DNA of 63,846 bases, the filler included. It is 11 parts of 11 records of this genome, joined end to end, with 100 filler letters (N's around TTAATTAATTAA, not from the genome) between each part and the next. Parts side by side here need not be neighbours in the genome. Positions count along the whole stretch, not along the records: positions 14,643 to 26,926 come from SRR15195285_2726; positions 27,027 to 31,984 come from SRR15195285_2728; positions 32,085 to 35,694 come from SRR15195285_2729; 8 more parts are not named here. One strand, 5' to 3'. Shown here piece after piece: positions 23,301 to 35,017 of this stretch (the first letter of the stretch is position 1; every line of letters begins with the position of its first letter). The translations under genes were made by a program, and so were the position numbers. The notes beneath the pieces are model-generated. The model was given only the letters and a program-made list of their open reading frames with translations, did not search any database and was not told where the DNA came from.

Positions 23301-25972
23301 TGTGCTTGATTTCACATTCGCTGTACTTGTTGGTGCCGTCCTCTTCGCACAGCTCGTTATGCCAGATGCGGCCCTCCTGCCTACCATAGTTGGAGTAGTG
23401 GTCGAAAGCCGAGGTGCCCAGCGCAGTGGAGTGGTCAGAGCCACCCGCAGAGTGGCGTGGATCGTGATCGGCCGACACGTCACGGTAGTCCTGCCAGTAC
23501 CGCGCCTGTGCGGCAGGGCAGTTGAGCGGCTGGTGATGGCTGAGGTACCGACAGTACACGTGATCGTGGCCGTTCGGGTCGGCAGACCAGATCCATTGTG
23601 CTTCCATTGAGACCTGATGAATCCAAGATTAGACAGTCAGGTACGAGTCAGATACAAGGTCTCAATAGAATAATCACTTGAAAGGTCTCAATGGAAAGTC
23701 TGAGTGCGTACATCTGCCCGGAATCCCCATGGGTTTGCACCATTCCCTCCAGCAATCCCAGCGTTGTTCCAGGTGGAATCGTCGAAGGTGGCTGATTTCC
23801 AGCCAGCTGGGGGACCATCCTCTCCAAACTGCTCGCATTTCCAGTTGTTGTGCGTAAGAATGAGCTCGCCACAATGATCAATCGAAGCGATGAGCGAAGC
23901 GATGCCTCCTGTGTCGTACGCATCGATGGCATAAATGGTTGGCGTGTCGCAGGTAGCGGTGAAGGACAGGCCCTGGACCGCCCTGTAGTCCTCAGCGTGT
24001 CCGATTTCCTGTTCGTTGACGTACAGGTGGTAGCCGTCGTCGACGCAGATGTGAGCCTGTCCAACCGTGTCGTCGAAATCGTGGTCCACGTCCGTGCGGT
24101 CATCGTTGCAGAGCTCAGAGTGCCAGATGTATCCTGCAGCCCGGCCGGTCTGCACGTACTGCGAGTACGCGTACTCGTCGCCAGATGTGACAGCACCGTT
24201 GGTGTTTGCATCTGAGGCGGCAGCGTACATGTAGTCGGCCATGTAGCGTGTGCGCGCAGCATTGCAGTTGATCGCGTTGTGGTTGTTCACGTAGCGGCAG
24301 CATGCGCGGTCGCTTTGCTCTGTCCATCCGCCTTTGGGTCCCTGCTCGGTAGCGTCAGTCCAGATCCAATGAGCGTCCGGTGAGACGTCAGTGGCACCCC
24401 AGGGATCAACGCCATTGACTCCGGCGTCGACAGCGATCGGCCACGCTGAGTCGTCGAAGCCCAGCGCCTCCCACCCGGACGGGCAGTCAATCGAGCACTT
24501 CCACCGGTTCGGGAGCGTCTGGATCGCGGATCCGCAGTGGTTGATGTCCGCGATGAAGGCAGAAACGCCAGCTGCATCACTGCCATCGACGGCGTACAAT
24601 GTGGGGGAGTCACACGGAGCGTTGAATTCGAAGGTTTCGGTCTCGGTCCACATAGACGGCGTTGTTTCGCCGACATTCTGGCCGTTCACGTACAGAGTTG
24701 AGGTATCATCGACACGTATGTGGAACTGGCCGTCACCATCGTAGGTCAGGCCGTTGTCGTTGTGCCCCTCAACGCAGCGGCAGTAGGCCTCATCTGTGTC
24801 ACGCAGGTTGGACGCCCATATCCAACGGGCGCTCATCTCGACCTCGTGCACCTCGCCCCAGGGATCGGCGCCGTTAATCCCCCCATCTGCGGCGGCAGGC
24901 CAGGCGCTGTCGTCGTACGTCGGGCTGGTCCAGTCCTCGCCAGACACGTCGCGTGATGTGCACTTGCATCCCATGTCCGTCTTGGTGGTGACGCCACAGT
25001 GCGTCCATGAGGCGAGGATCGCGGAGACTCCGAAGGCATCCTGCCCATGCACGGCAAGGACGTTCGGGCCGCCAGTGCAACCAGCCGTGATGGGGAACTG
25101 CTGGACGAGGGTCCAGTCGTTCTCGACAGTGCCCAGCAGCTGCCCGTTGAAGTAGATCCCGTCGGAGTTGTCGTCAATGCGAATCGAGAGGGTGCCAGGC
25201 CCGCCAGTGCCGCCGCTGCCGCCGCCACCCATCGACATCACCTGCATGCTGGGGCTCTGGCTCGGAGTCAGCGCGGAGGAGACCGAGCCCTGGAGCAGCG
25301 AGCTGTTCGGGTCAGCCAGCTGAGATGTCAAGGTCGACACAGCAGCCTGAACATCCGCCTGCGAACCGAAAATCTCGAGCGTGACGCTGTTGGGGGACAG
25401 CGCAGAGATGAGGATGGACTCTTGCTGCAGGCCGGTCGCCTCGGCAATGTCGGAGCGAAGGTTCTGCTTGAAGCGGTTCTGGCGCTTGGCGGAGCTTCCC
25501 ACGTTGGCGTTGTTCATGGTGAGCGTGCCCTCGGCGTAGTACGTGCCAGCGCCGCTGGCCGGTGGCGGGGACGGACCCACAGGCTGGCCGGCTCCAGCGG
25601 CCGTGCAGCGACCGCCGAAGGCCACGAGGTTGGGAAACTGGCTCGCTATGAAGTCGCCACACGGCGTGGCAAACGGCAGCCAAATCGCTGCGCAAGCCGC
25701 GTCGCAGCTGCGAGGAAAGCCGTCCCGGCAGTTGGACGCATCGGCGCAGCAGACGGAGTTGAGCTGGTCTGTGATGCCCCTGCACACACATCGCCACGCG
25801 GCAGCGGATCAGCGCGGTGCACGCAGGCAAAGCGCGGCTGGGCGCGAGGGCCAGCGCAGTGCCCCCAATGACTCGCGCCTCACATCAGAGACGCCTGGCA
25901 CTGCTGCGTGTTCGCATCAAGCTGCGCCTTCGCCACGCCTAGCAGCGCCCCCAGCGCCAGCACCTTCCACAT
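17350..25972 (-). CDS. Giant (~2800 aa) secreted multi-lectin/adhesin: beta-sandwich repeats, FAMeT-like, CBM6/35-like x2, C-type lectin x3, F5/8, WSC, NIDO-like
   Basis: Signal exon MWKVLALGALLGVAKAQ at 25972. Introns ~25780-25886 and ~23614-23711 join ORFs 23688-25787 and 17350-23607. Motifs include WIGLND/EPND (CTLD), YVGCF..C...C.GFAYFGLQYGNQCFC (WSC), LPFPFPFFG..ISTNG/PFWSDL (NIDO) and FPATGSW/GPNLD (CBM). Confidence 0.88.
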
Positions 25973-26870
25973 CCTTGCCCTCGCCACTCAATCCTCAAAG
26001 CACAGCCAGCCGCACACCACCACCCGATAGCCTTGGCGCCCCAGCGCCGGCTGTTGCCGTAGTGCACTGCCAGCAGCTTGTTGCCGTGACGCGCTCTTGG
26101 CTTACGAGAGCCGAACGACATTTCATACATACATACATACTGAAATGTGCGTCCGACCCGCCGGCGAAAGGCAGTCCGACCCAAATCCACGGTAATGAAA
26201 AATCACTCAATACACAGACATAAATCTGTCGTGGAGTTGGGAATTTCGAAATTTATGGATGATTGCCGAATATGGTGTGAAGTGAACCGAGAAATGTCCG
26301 ATGCGTGCGTCGCGCCTCGTTTTTGTAGTTTGTCAAAATTGAATGGGCCGAGGCGCGACCAAAGGCGACAGAATTTTGCGTCTGCCCACACATCCTGCCT
26401 TCGGACTGAGTCCTTTTCGGTTTTCCGTCCTTTTCAGGTACTTACCATGAGTTGAAAGTACGAGATTGTATCGGATTTCTCCAGGGTCCGGGGACAGACA
26501 GGTGTTCCCGATGACAGGTGTTCCGGATGGACACTGGTGTTCGAGAGTCTGGGAGAGAAAAGAGAAATGAATGAGAAATTGATCAACAGGGATACTGATT
26601 ACTGTTTTGTAATCTGGATATGTCCGTCCGTCCGGAAATGTACAGCTGTTCTGCACGAGATGTGCCCCGGCAGGTCCCCCAGGTCCATTTGGCCAGGATT
26701 GAATGGCCAGCCGCCCCGGGGATGACTCGAATGAGTTGCTTGCGAGCGAGGCGTCAACCCAGCGAGCGAGGCATGCAGGGCCACCGAGAAAAACAATCCG
26801 GCCGCCGCCAGTCAAGAGTCATTTTTCATTGACGATTCAGATTCACCGGCGAGGGCAGACGCACCGACAG

Positions 26871-26926
26871 GAGGAGGCTGAGGCTGAGGAGGCTGAGGAG
26901 GCTGCTGCTGCTGCTGCTGCTGCTGC
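26871..26926. repeat. (GAG/GCT)n trinucleotide repeat at contig end
   Basis: Seen directly. Confidence 0.9.
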
Positions 26927-27026
26927 NNNNNNNNNNNNNNNNNNNNNNNNNNNNNNNNNNNNNNNNNNNNTTAATTAATTAANNNNNNNNNNNNNNNNNN
27001 NNNNNNNNNNNNNNNNNNNNNNNNNN
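26927..27026. other. Artificial contig linker
   Basis: N44-TTAATTAATTAA-N44. Confidence 0.98.
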
Positions 27027-27052
27027 CTGCTGCTGCTGCTGCTGCTGCTGCT
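27027..27052. repeat. (CTG)n repeat at contig start
   Basis: Seen directly. Confidence 0.9.
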
Positions 27053-27368
27053 CCTAGTGCTAGTGCTGGCGCACTGCTGGTGGTTGACTGCTACTGGACG
27101 GCAGCGAGGCGGGCGGGATGGGCTGGGGTTGAGGGCTTGGGAGGCAGTGCACAGCGGGAGCAGAGGTTGCGGCTGGCAACATCCAGCGCTCCTTGCGGCT
27201 GTGTTGTGCAAGGCAGCGTACAGTGCTGAGTATGGGACGACACTAAGGGCGAACGTCGCGTTGGGTATCTGGGACGAGAGAAAGGGGGGGAAGAGATATA
27301 GAGCAACGATGTCAGGCTGCAAGTGTTGGCACAGCCGGTGATCAGGACTGAATTTTAAAGCGTGAGAT

Positions 27369-30300
27369 ATGCCCGTGGAGCCGCCACCTGGTTCTCCCGA
27401 GGCGCCCTCGGCAATCGTTCACGACGTTGCTGGTTCTACAACAGATCAACCTGCCTGGGCAGCACGGTTGCAGCACCATCGCGAAGCTGTGAATGCTGCC
27501 CTGCCGGGCAGCGTGGAGGAGCCGGAGGATGGTGACGAGGCCACCGACTCCGTGGGATCGCTGCCGCGCCGGAACAAGACCGACCTCGCGGCCGCGGTCA
27601 AAGCTGCCGCCGCTCCACCGGGCGGTGGGAGGGGTCGCGGGTCGATCCTTTCTTCTGCGTCGCAGTCGCTGGACCAGCACTTCAACCAGAAGCGGCGACG
27701 CGAGAGCCTGAAGCGGCGTGCGCGCCGAATGAGCCTACAGCAGCAGTTCGTGGGAGACAGCACATCGGGCCAATCAGTAGAGTCAATCAAAGACCTACTC
27801 CTTCCAGGCTCCAGGACGCGCACTTACTGGGAAATGCTTATCGCAGCGTTGCTCCTGGTACAGTTCGTGCTGTCGCCCTACGTCGCGGCTTTCCTCATGT
27901 TCCCTCGCCGGCCGTTTCTGCACGCCTGGACCTCGCCGTTGGTTTTTCGTTTTGTCGTTGATTCCGCTGCAGACTTCCTCTATATTGTAGACATCTGCAT
28001 CCGCTTCCGAACGTATCATTTCAGCTCTAAGGGTGATTTGGTGCTGGACCACAAGGCCATTGTGAAACGCTACTTTCGCAGCTTAAACCCATCCTTCAGT
28101 TTTGTTGTGGACATAGCAGCCACTGTACCACCGATGGTGGGTGAAATTTGCATTCTCTTCATCGACGGAGACGCTTGGCTGGCATGGGGTACTATCAGAT
28201 GGTTAATTGTGCTGCGGATGCCCCGCCTAGTGAAAACTGTTGGACAGATCCTACGCGCATGCATGACGATGGTACGCTGTTGCTTCGGCAGCCTTTTCTT
28301 CACGTCTGCTATTCTGATGGCAAAGAACTAATTCTCTGGTTCCGTTTCCGCAGTTCAACTTCACTCCAAGCTTTGTCGCGATGCTGCGGCTCTTCTCTCT
28401 CTTTGGACTGCTGCTTCTGATCAGTCACTGGTCGGCATGCATTTACTTCGTTCTAAACCTTCGAGTCTCGCCGACTTGGGCAGTCGACCTGCTTGCGATG
28501 GACAACTCGGTGGACAACTCGGGCGGAGATTCGTCCATTTACGTTTTGTCGCTGTACTACTCTTTCTTGGTACGACTGCTGCTGCGATTATCACTGCGCA
28601 TCATATTCACCGATGCAGTTTCCGTGGCGTTGTAGCAATCATGCTCATGGTTTCACTGCGTATGTGTTGTGGATAGGCCATCCTTGGCAATGATGTGCCG
28701 TCGAACTCGCGCCTCTTTTCAATTAGCACACTGATGGTTGGCGCAGTCCTGGTCGCCACGATTTTCGGTAATATGACCGTCTTGCTAGCCAACGCCGACG
28801 CTCAGACGCGTGCGCACTACGAGAAGCTCGAGCGCGTGAAGCAGTCCCTCGTGAGGATGGAGTTATCGCCAAAACTACAGAGTCGTGTGATCAAGTATTA
28901 CGAATACATGTGGCGTCGCCAAAAGTCTGGCACCGATGGTCAGCAAGGAAACTTCGTGACAGAGCTTCCGATGGCGCTCAAGGCCGAGGTACAGCTTCAT
29001 CTACACGAGCAGCTGGTGCTGAAAGTGCCTTTCTTCAAGGGCTGCGATCGGTAAGGGAGAAATCGAGTTGCTTGTTTCCGCATGTAGAGTGCGGAGAAGT
29101 CAATTTTCAGTACTTGCGGGTTGGTTCGGTCCTGACTACAGTCTCATCTTGCTGTGCTGTCGTCGCAGACTCTTCCTGCAGGACATTGTTGCTGCCCTGG
29201 TCGGCCGTATCTACGGTCCCGGTGATAACATCATTGTTGAAGGAGATACGGGAAAGGAGATGTTCTTTTTGGAGGCTGGGCTGGTTCAGGTGATCAAAAC
29301 TCAACCTGATGGTTCAAACAAAGTCATTGTGGAGCTTGGCAAAGGGAACTTCTTTGGCGAGATGTCATTGCTGGAGGCGCGGGGGAAGACGTCTGCAGGG
29401 ATCCTGGCGACGACATTTTGTGACGTGCAGGTGCTGCCAAAAACATCATTTGAGCAGATCATGGACGACTGGCCGGTGAGATGTCCTTCTGCATCGTGGA
29501 TGCACCAATTGTGCATAAGCAATTCATACATTGTCTGTGTTGAAGAATCAAATCTGAGGATTTCTTGGTTGTGAGCAGGAATATCTGCCTAGATTCATGG
29601 CCGTGGCTCTGAAGCGCAAGGAGGATACGATAAAACGAGAGCAGGCCCCAACCGACGAGGGTGATGACGGGGCAACGATGGAAGTTGGATTCGATGTGCG
29701 CCGACGCAAGGCAACGCAGGGTGCCTGGAAAAACGCTGGAAAGGCGATCGTGGCATCGAACAATCTGCAGAAGCTCAAAGCATTGAGCAAGAACGCAGCT
29801 GAAGGAGGAGCTGCGGCCGCAGGAGCAACTCCAGCAGCAGCTTCAGAAGCAGCAAAACTCGGAGCCGGACTGTCACGGGGACGGACACTCTCCGGGAATC
29901 CTGTACGCAACGATGCTACTACGCTGGCGCAAGTAGCTGCGCTTTCCATATCGGCGGCCCCAATTGCTGAGCCAGTGGAAGGTCAGGATTCATTAGGCCT
30001 CATGCGACCTCGATCGGCTGCCGCAATGAAGAGAGCAATGGGCTTGGACCGCACGTCAAGCGCTCGATCGCTGGATGGTAGTTCACCTTCTGTGGCTTTA
30101 CGTCGTGCTATGAGCAATCAGGCTGATGGTTTGGACAACCACGGTGCTGGTGGAGCTCCAGTGGAGCTGGTTGAAGATTTGAAGGACCGGTTGGGGTCAG
30201 TAGAGACCGCTGTAGACAACATGGGGTCGCAGCTCGCGCTCATCCAGAACGCTTTGGAAGCACAAACTAGTATGCTGAAACAAGTGCTGCAACAGCAAAA

Positions 30301-30694
30301 GCAACATGCAGAGCTGCTAGACTCTCCCAGAAGAAACGGTGGTCGCGACGCGCTGCTTGGCTCAGACTCAGAATCTGCGACAATAGTCGCTGCGGAGAGG
30401 GAGATTGCGAAGTCGATCACAGCGCGATCTCCTGAGCAATCGAGCAGTCATGTGCAGGGAGTACACAGGCGCAGACAAGTTTCATCGCGCGCCGAGACGT
30501 CGGCAGGTGCTGGGGAGAGTATTGCCGGGGACGGAAGCTTGAGGGCGCCGCCACTGCCATCGACGGCTCCACCATCAGGACAGCGACGAAAGAACATGCT
30601 TGAGGAGGAAGGTGATCTGAATCTCGACGACGAAGACATATCAGCCATGGATGTCGAGGCGTTGCTTGCCGTCCGCGCAGATGGTAACATATAG
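27369..30694 (+). CDS. Cyclic-nucleotide-binding-domain cation channel (CNG/HCN/EAG superfamily), 5 exons
   Basis: D..Y.VDI..RFRT, IVKRY, LRMPRL (S4), HWSAC, C-linker (L..RV.KYYEY.W, LP..LK.EV) and cNMP domain (YGPGDNI..EGD.G.EMFF, G.FFGE.SLL). Introns at ~28272-28353, 28570-28676, 29051-29168 and 29476-29578. Confidence 0.92.
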
Positions 30695-30995
30695 GCATGA
30701 GGAGATGCTACATGAGGGAGTTGAGACGTGTGCAGCAGCTTCGTGACGAGTTTAGTTCTGACCAACACACTCTATGGTCGCGGCTGGGGCTGCTTCTCAA
30801 GCCTGCCTTCTGAACCCGACCTGCAGCCTGGGTTTTTCAGTTCGTTGTACTGCAGGGAGCAACTCTTCAGTTCGAAGTGGCGTGCATTGCCGCCCGATCA
30901 CGTGACATGCAGGTACGCGTAGATGTATAATATCAATCGTCATTTTTAAAAATGTTAGCTTGCGGCATAGGCACATCATCTCTCGTGCTTGCACG

Positions 30996-31514
30996 CTACG
31001 AGATCACGCAGGTGCTGGATTTTGGTGGAATCCTTGAAAGGGCGAGCGACAGGTCAAGCGAGGCATGCAGCAATTGCTCGTTCAGCCCTACGAGCTGCGT
31101 GTGCTGCGCTTGGGGGTCACCATTGATTAGGTCACTTCCGAGCTCTACAGCCTCGACCACCTTCTTCTTGGCCGCGCTGGCGATCGCGGCCGCGCGATCC
31201 CCAAGCCCCCGAGCCCCTGGCTCTGGAGTTTCCGCGTTTGCTTCTGCCTCTGCCTGCTGTTCCTGCTGGAGCAACCCCTGCACGATCGTGTCCGCCTCAG
31301 CAAGCGCATGCTGCAACACTTCGATGTTTGACGTCAGCAACGCTTGCTGCTCGGGCTGCAGATTCGTAAGGAGCTCTCGAACCTTGGCTACCGTTGGGAG
31401 CAGCAGCTTGATGTCGTCGTGCAGTGCCCCCCGTGCGTTTTTCTTCGCGACCAGGGCCGGAATCAGTTCGCTGCCGAGCTTCTCTGCCACAGCAATGCCG
31501 ACAGCCGCGGCCAT
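30996..31514 (-). CDS. Small all-helical protein, RPW8/MLKL-like four-helix bundle, with C-terminal CaaX (CVIS)
   Basis: Intronless ORF with hydrophobic N-helix MAAAVGIAVAEKLGSELI, heptad helices (L..L..AL.EA..IV; L..LN..L.....DL) and terminal KSSTCVIS*. Confidence 0.65.
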   Translation of the reverse strand: MAAAVGIAVAEKLGSELIPALVAKKNARGALHDDIKLLLPTVAKVRELLTNLQPEQQALLTSNIEVLQHALAEADTIVQGLLQQEQQAEAEANAETPEPGARGLGDRAAAIASAAKKKVVEAVELGSDLINGDPQAQHTQLVGLNEQLLHASLDLSLALSRIPPKSSTCVIS

Positions 31515-31984
31515 ATATATAAGTTTATCCGCCACACACGTTCCGTCAAGATTCCCAGCGAGTTTGTGAGTAAACTCGTTCTCCTGCTGGCCACAGAGGC
31601 CGAGGACGCAGCAGTGCTACGGTACCTCGCGTAGCTACGTTCCTAGATCTATCGCTAGCTACTGGTACCAGTATATGAATAGACGCGCGATCGGTGGACC
31701 GTTCGCGAAACGCCTGCAGCTGGCTGGCCGTCGTTGCAGCAGAGGCAGGTTAAGGTGCGCACCGACGCACGCGCCCGCACGCCGCCTGAAAAAAAATCGC
31801 GTTGAGCCACGCCGCGGGCCGCCGGGCGGCCGCGGCCTTGCGCTGTTCATCAAGTTGTGTGCCGCCCGCCGCTCGCCGCGCGGTGCGTCGACCAGACCCA
31901 ACGAGCGACTGTGTTCAAGACCATTGAGTCAGTACCCAGGTTGCAGAGTGCCGATTGGCAAAATCGAGCAAACTCCCAGGACCG

Positions 31985-32084
31985 NNNNNNNNNNNNNNNN
32001 NNNNNNNNNNNNNNNNNNNNNNNNNNNNTTAATTAATTAANNNNNNNNNNNNNNNNNNNNNNNNNNNNNNNNNNNNNNNNNNNN
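31985..32084. other. Artificial contig linker
   Basis: N44-TTAATTAATTAA-N44. Confidence 0.98.
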
Positions 32085-32085
32085 G

Positions 32086-34635
32086 GACTTCTTCGTGACC
32101 ACTCTCAAGAAGTTTCTTGCGCGTAGAGAGCTGTGCCCCCACGATCCAGAACCAACGCTTGTTGCACTTATGGAGGAAGCTGAGGAGCTCAACGCCGAGC
32201 TGCAGCGCGCACCAGCTCCGGAGCTGGAGCCGGAACCGGAGCCAGAGCCGGAACCAGAACCAGGGACAGATGTCGACACAGTGGCTCTCCGACAAACCTA
32301 CCTTTCTGAAATCTCTCGGCTGAGGGATCAAGCGAAAGCTTCCAAGATGGCCGGAGACAAGAGGGCGGCGATAGCAGCGCTGAAACAAGCCAGGTCTATG
32401 GAGGTGAAATGGGCAGCGCTGGAGTTCCAACTAGAAGAGGCCTGGTTACTAGACTCAATTAGCCTAGAGCTGCCATGTCACGTCGAAGGTGACGGCAAGA
32501 CGATCAACGATAGGCTTTCGGAACTGACGGGCTGTATTGGACGGGACACGGTACTTGAGCAGGCGTTGCGGCAAATTAAGCGGACCAAGGATGCTGATGG
32601 GGTGGCTGCAAGGCTTGCCTTAGCCAATCAGGCAGCCGGTGCCCTGCGAGACCAAGGGGCACACGATCCTGGATCCCAACCAGAACTGGTGCCCAAATCT
32701 GCAGTGTTAATCGCGGCTGCTGCAGCTGCAGAAGCCGCAGAGAAGGAGAGGATTGCAGCTGCGGAAGCGCTGGCGATAAGAAATGAGTGGGCGGAGAAAG
32801 TGAAGGTTCTTGAGGATGGACTAGCGATGGCACGAAGTCTGCCGGATGCAGCACGCGTGGCCAAGATTTCCCGGCAGCTTGAGCAGCATTCAAGGCGCCT
32901 GATGTGTCCAGACAGCTTAGAAGACTCGGTAAAGACGGCTTGGCGTGAGCTGCAAATTGAAATCAGTGCGCAGGCAGACGCAGCTATTGCGGCTCAGGAT
33001 GATGCCACGCGGGCCAGCGAATCGGAACAAGCTCTGCGAATCGCAGAGCAGCAAGAAGCACTAGCGCAACAGAAGGCGGCCATGGAACGAGACAAGGAGG
33101 AACAGCTGGCACAGATTGCCATGGAGAAGGCAGCTCTGGAGGAGCGTGCCATGAAGAATGATCTTGAAGCTAAAGCCAAACGGAAAGACCTCGCTGAGAA
33201 AGAGAGAGAGGTAGATGATGAGAAGCGCCGCGTGCTGAAGGTGAAACAGGCTCAGGAACAGAAAGATCTGCAACGTCAGCGGCAAATGGAGGAGCATCGG
33301 CAGGCGATGGCGCGGAAAGAAGAAGAGCTTAACGAGGCGATGGCTCGGCGGGAAGAGGAGCGACGGCGGACCCTTGTGGAAGCAATTGCTGCACAAGAGG
33401 CCCTCTCGGCGTCCTCGCAGGCAGCTATAGTCGAGGCTCAGGCGCAGCGAGAAGCTGCGCACGCGCGGGCTCAAGCGGAAACGGCAGCATTGGCTGCCAA
33501 ACAGCAGGAGCTGGATAGGGAATCCGCTGTGAGGCGCATGCAGCTGGAGGAAGAAGAACGCAAGTACCGAACGTTGCAAGCCGAGGCACAGGCAGAGCAA
33601 GAGCGTTGGCTTCAGATGAGCGTAGCTGGGCACGCGGAGGTAGAACACGCAAGGCGTGCGGCAGCGGAGGAGGCAACCAGAAGGCGCGCGGATCTTGATG
33701 CTGCGGCAGCGCGATACGATGCGGAGCATGTGCAGCTGCAGAAGAGGGAGCGGGAGAACAAAGAAGCGCTTGAGCGGCACAAGGCAGCGGATGCAGCAAG
33801 GCGACAGCAGGAGGCAGCGACGCTACGCGCGGCACTAGAGGCTGCAGAGCGGCAAAAGGCCGAAGCCGAACGAGCGGAGCGGAGAACCCAAGAACTCATA
33901 GCTGCTGACAGGGAGCGTCAGCAGCAGCAGGAAGCTATCGACGAGTGGGGGAGGGCCGACATGCGAGGCTTCGACCCAGGGGGTGCAGCTGCTATGAGTT
34001 GTAGGGACTGGATTATGGGAGTCATCAACGCCCCCGGTGGTGCTGACAAACTTGATGTGCCGCGACTTCCTACGATAAAAAATGTCAGCGAGATAGACGC
34101 GCGGATGCGGTTGTTGCCGGCCGGCATGGATGCTCCGGAGCGAAACCGCCGATTCGCGCTATTTCTGTACACTGCACACGGGGTATTTTATGAGCGCTTC
34201 AACAAAGCACTACGCAGCAAGGATGCCGAGCGCTTCATGGAATGGCGGCCGTTCTACTTCCACTTAATGAACAGCCTGCGAGAGCTTCCAGACAAAGCTC
34301 AGGTTGTGTATAGAGGCATTTTGGACCCGCCCAATCTGGACCGGTATACAGCGGGGAGTAAGGTGTGTTGGCAAGGGTTCTCAAGCACCTCGGTCGATCC
34401 CGCGAAGGCAAAAGAGTTCGCGACAGCGCTGGGGTATGTCTTCATTCTGAATACCCACAACGCGAAAGACATTCGCGAGTTCTCGTGGTTTGGGAACACA
34501 GAAGGAGAGCTACTCGTTTCGCCCAACATGGAGTTTCTTGTGACGACGGGTTTGCACGTTCCGTCGTCAGGCCCGCTTGTCGGCTGCAATGTCATCGAAA
34601 TGGCGCAAATACCAAAGCAGGGACTATGGTCGTAA
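32086..34635 (+). CDS. Long coiled-coil protein with C-terminal R-S-E mono-ADP-ribosyltransferase domain (5'-partial)
   Basis: LFLYT...FYERFNKALR, VYRG, WQGFSSTS and TEGELL match ARTC-type catalytic motifs. Intronless over the visible part. Confidence 0.88.
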   Translation, partial: DFFVTTLKKFLARRELCPHDPEPTLVALMEEAEELNAELQRAPAPELEPEPEPEPEPEPGTDVDTVALRQTYLSEISRLRDQAKASKMAGDKRAAIAALKQARSMEVKWAALEFQLEEAWLLDSISLELPCHVEGDGKTINDRLSELTGCIGRDTVLEQALRQIKRTKDADGVAARLALANQAAGALRDQGAHDPGSQPELVPKSAVLIAAAAAAEAAEKERIAAAEALAIRNEWAEKVKVLEDGLAMARSLPDAARVAKISRQLEQHSRRLMCPDSLEDSVKTAWRELQIEISAQADAAIAAQDDATRASESEQALRIAEQQEALAQQKAAMERDKEEQLAQIAMEKAALEERAMKNDLEAKAKRKDLAEKEREVDDEKRRVLKVKQAQEQKDLQRQRQMEEHRQAMARKEEELNEAMARREEERRRTLVEAIAAQEALSASSQAAIVEAQAQREAAHARAQAETAALAAKQQELDRESAVRRMQLEEEERKYRTLQAEAQAEQERWLQMSVAGHAEVEHARRAAAEEATRRRADLDAAAARYDAEHVQLQKRERENKEALERHKAADAARRQQEAATLRAALEAAERQKAEAERAERRTQELIAADRERQQQQEAIDEWGRADMRGFDPGGAAAMSCRDWIMGVINAPGGADKLDVPRLPTIKNVSEIDARMRLLPAGMDAPERNRRFALFLYTAHGVFYERFNKALRSKDAERFMEWRPFYFHLMNSLRELPDKAQVVYRGILDPPNLDRYTAGSKVCWQGFSSTSVDPAKAKEFATALGYVFILNTHNAKDIREFSWFGNTEGELLVSPNMEFLVTTGLHVPSSGPLVGCNVIEMAQIPKQGLWS

Positions 34636-35017
34636 TGAACTGGCAATCGCTGTGGCCTTGTTGTTCTCTCCTATACCTACAGCAACAGCCTCCGAATGAC
34701 CCTGCAGATCACGATTGACCAGCGCGACATGTATAGTTCTGGCAGTGTGCAGTACTGCATCTAGCCACTGGTGGAGGCCACGCAAAGCTGATACAGGTGG
34801 AGCCTCGCATCCAGCTGAGAATCATCAGAGGCGGAGGTATCTAATGATCACGTGAGAGAGGCGCGGTACGGTGTAGTCCAAAGCATGTCGTTCCGTGCCC
34901 ATTCATTCACACACGAAAACACACGCGCCAAGCTGCTCATACTTATCGGCTGGCTAGCACTGCCCGCCCCGACTCCACTTGCGATCGACTCCCAAGGCAG
35001 CGAACACCGCGGACACT

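Noticed and set aside
26436-26452. gtacttacc resembling the U1 snRNA 5' end
   Set aside because: No downstream U1 stem-loops or Sm site are recognisable.
26901-27052. CTG repeats on both sides of a linker, suggesting the two contigs are truly adjacent
   Set aside because: Contigs commonly break at such microsatellites and no unique overlap supports the join.
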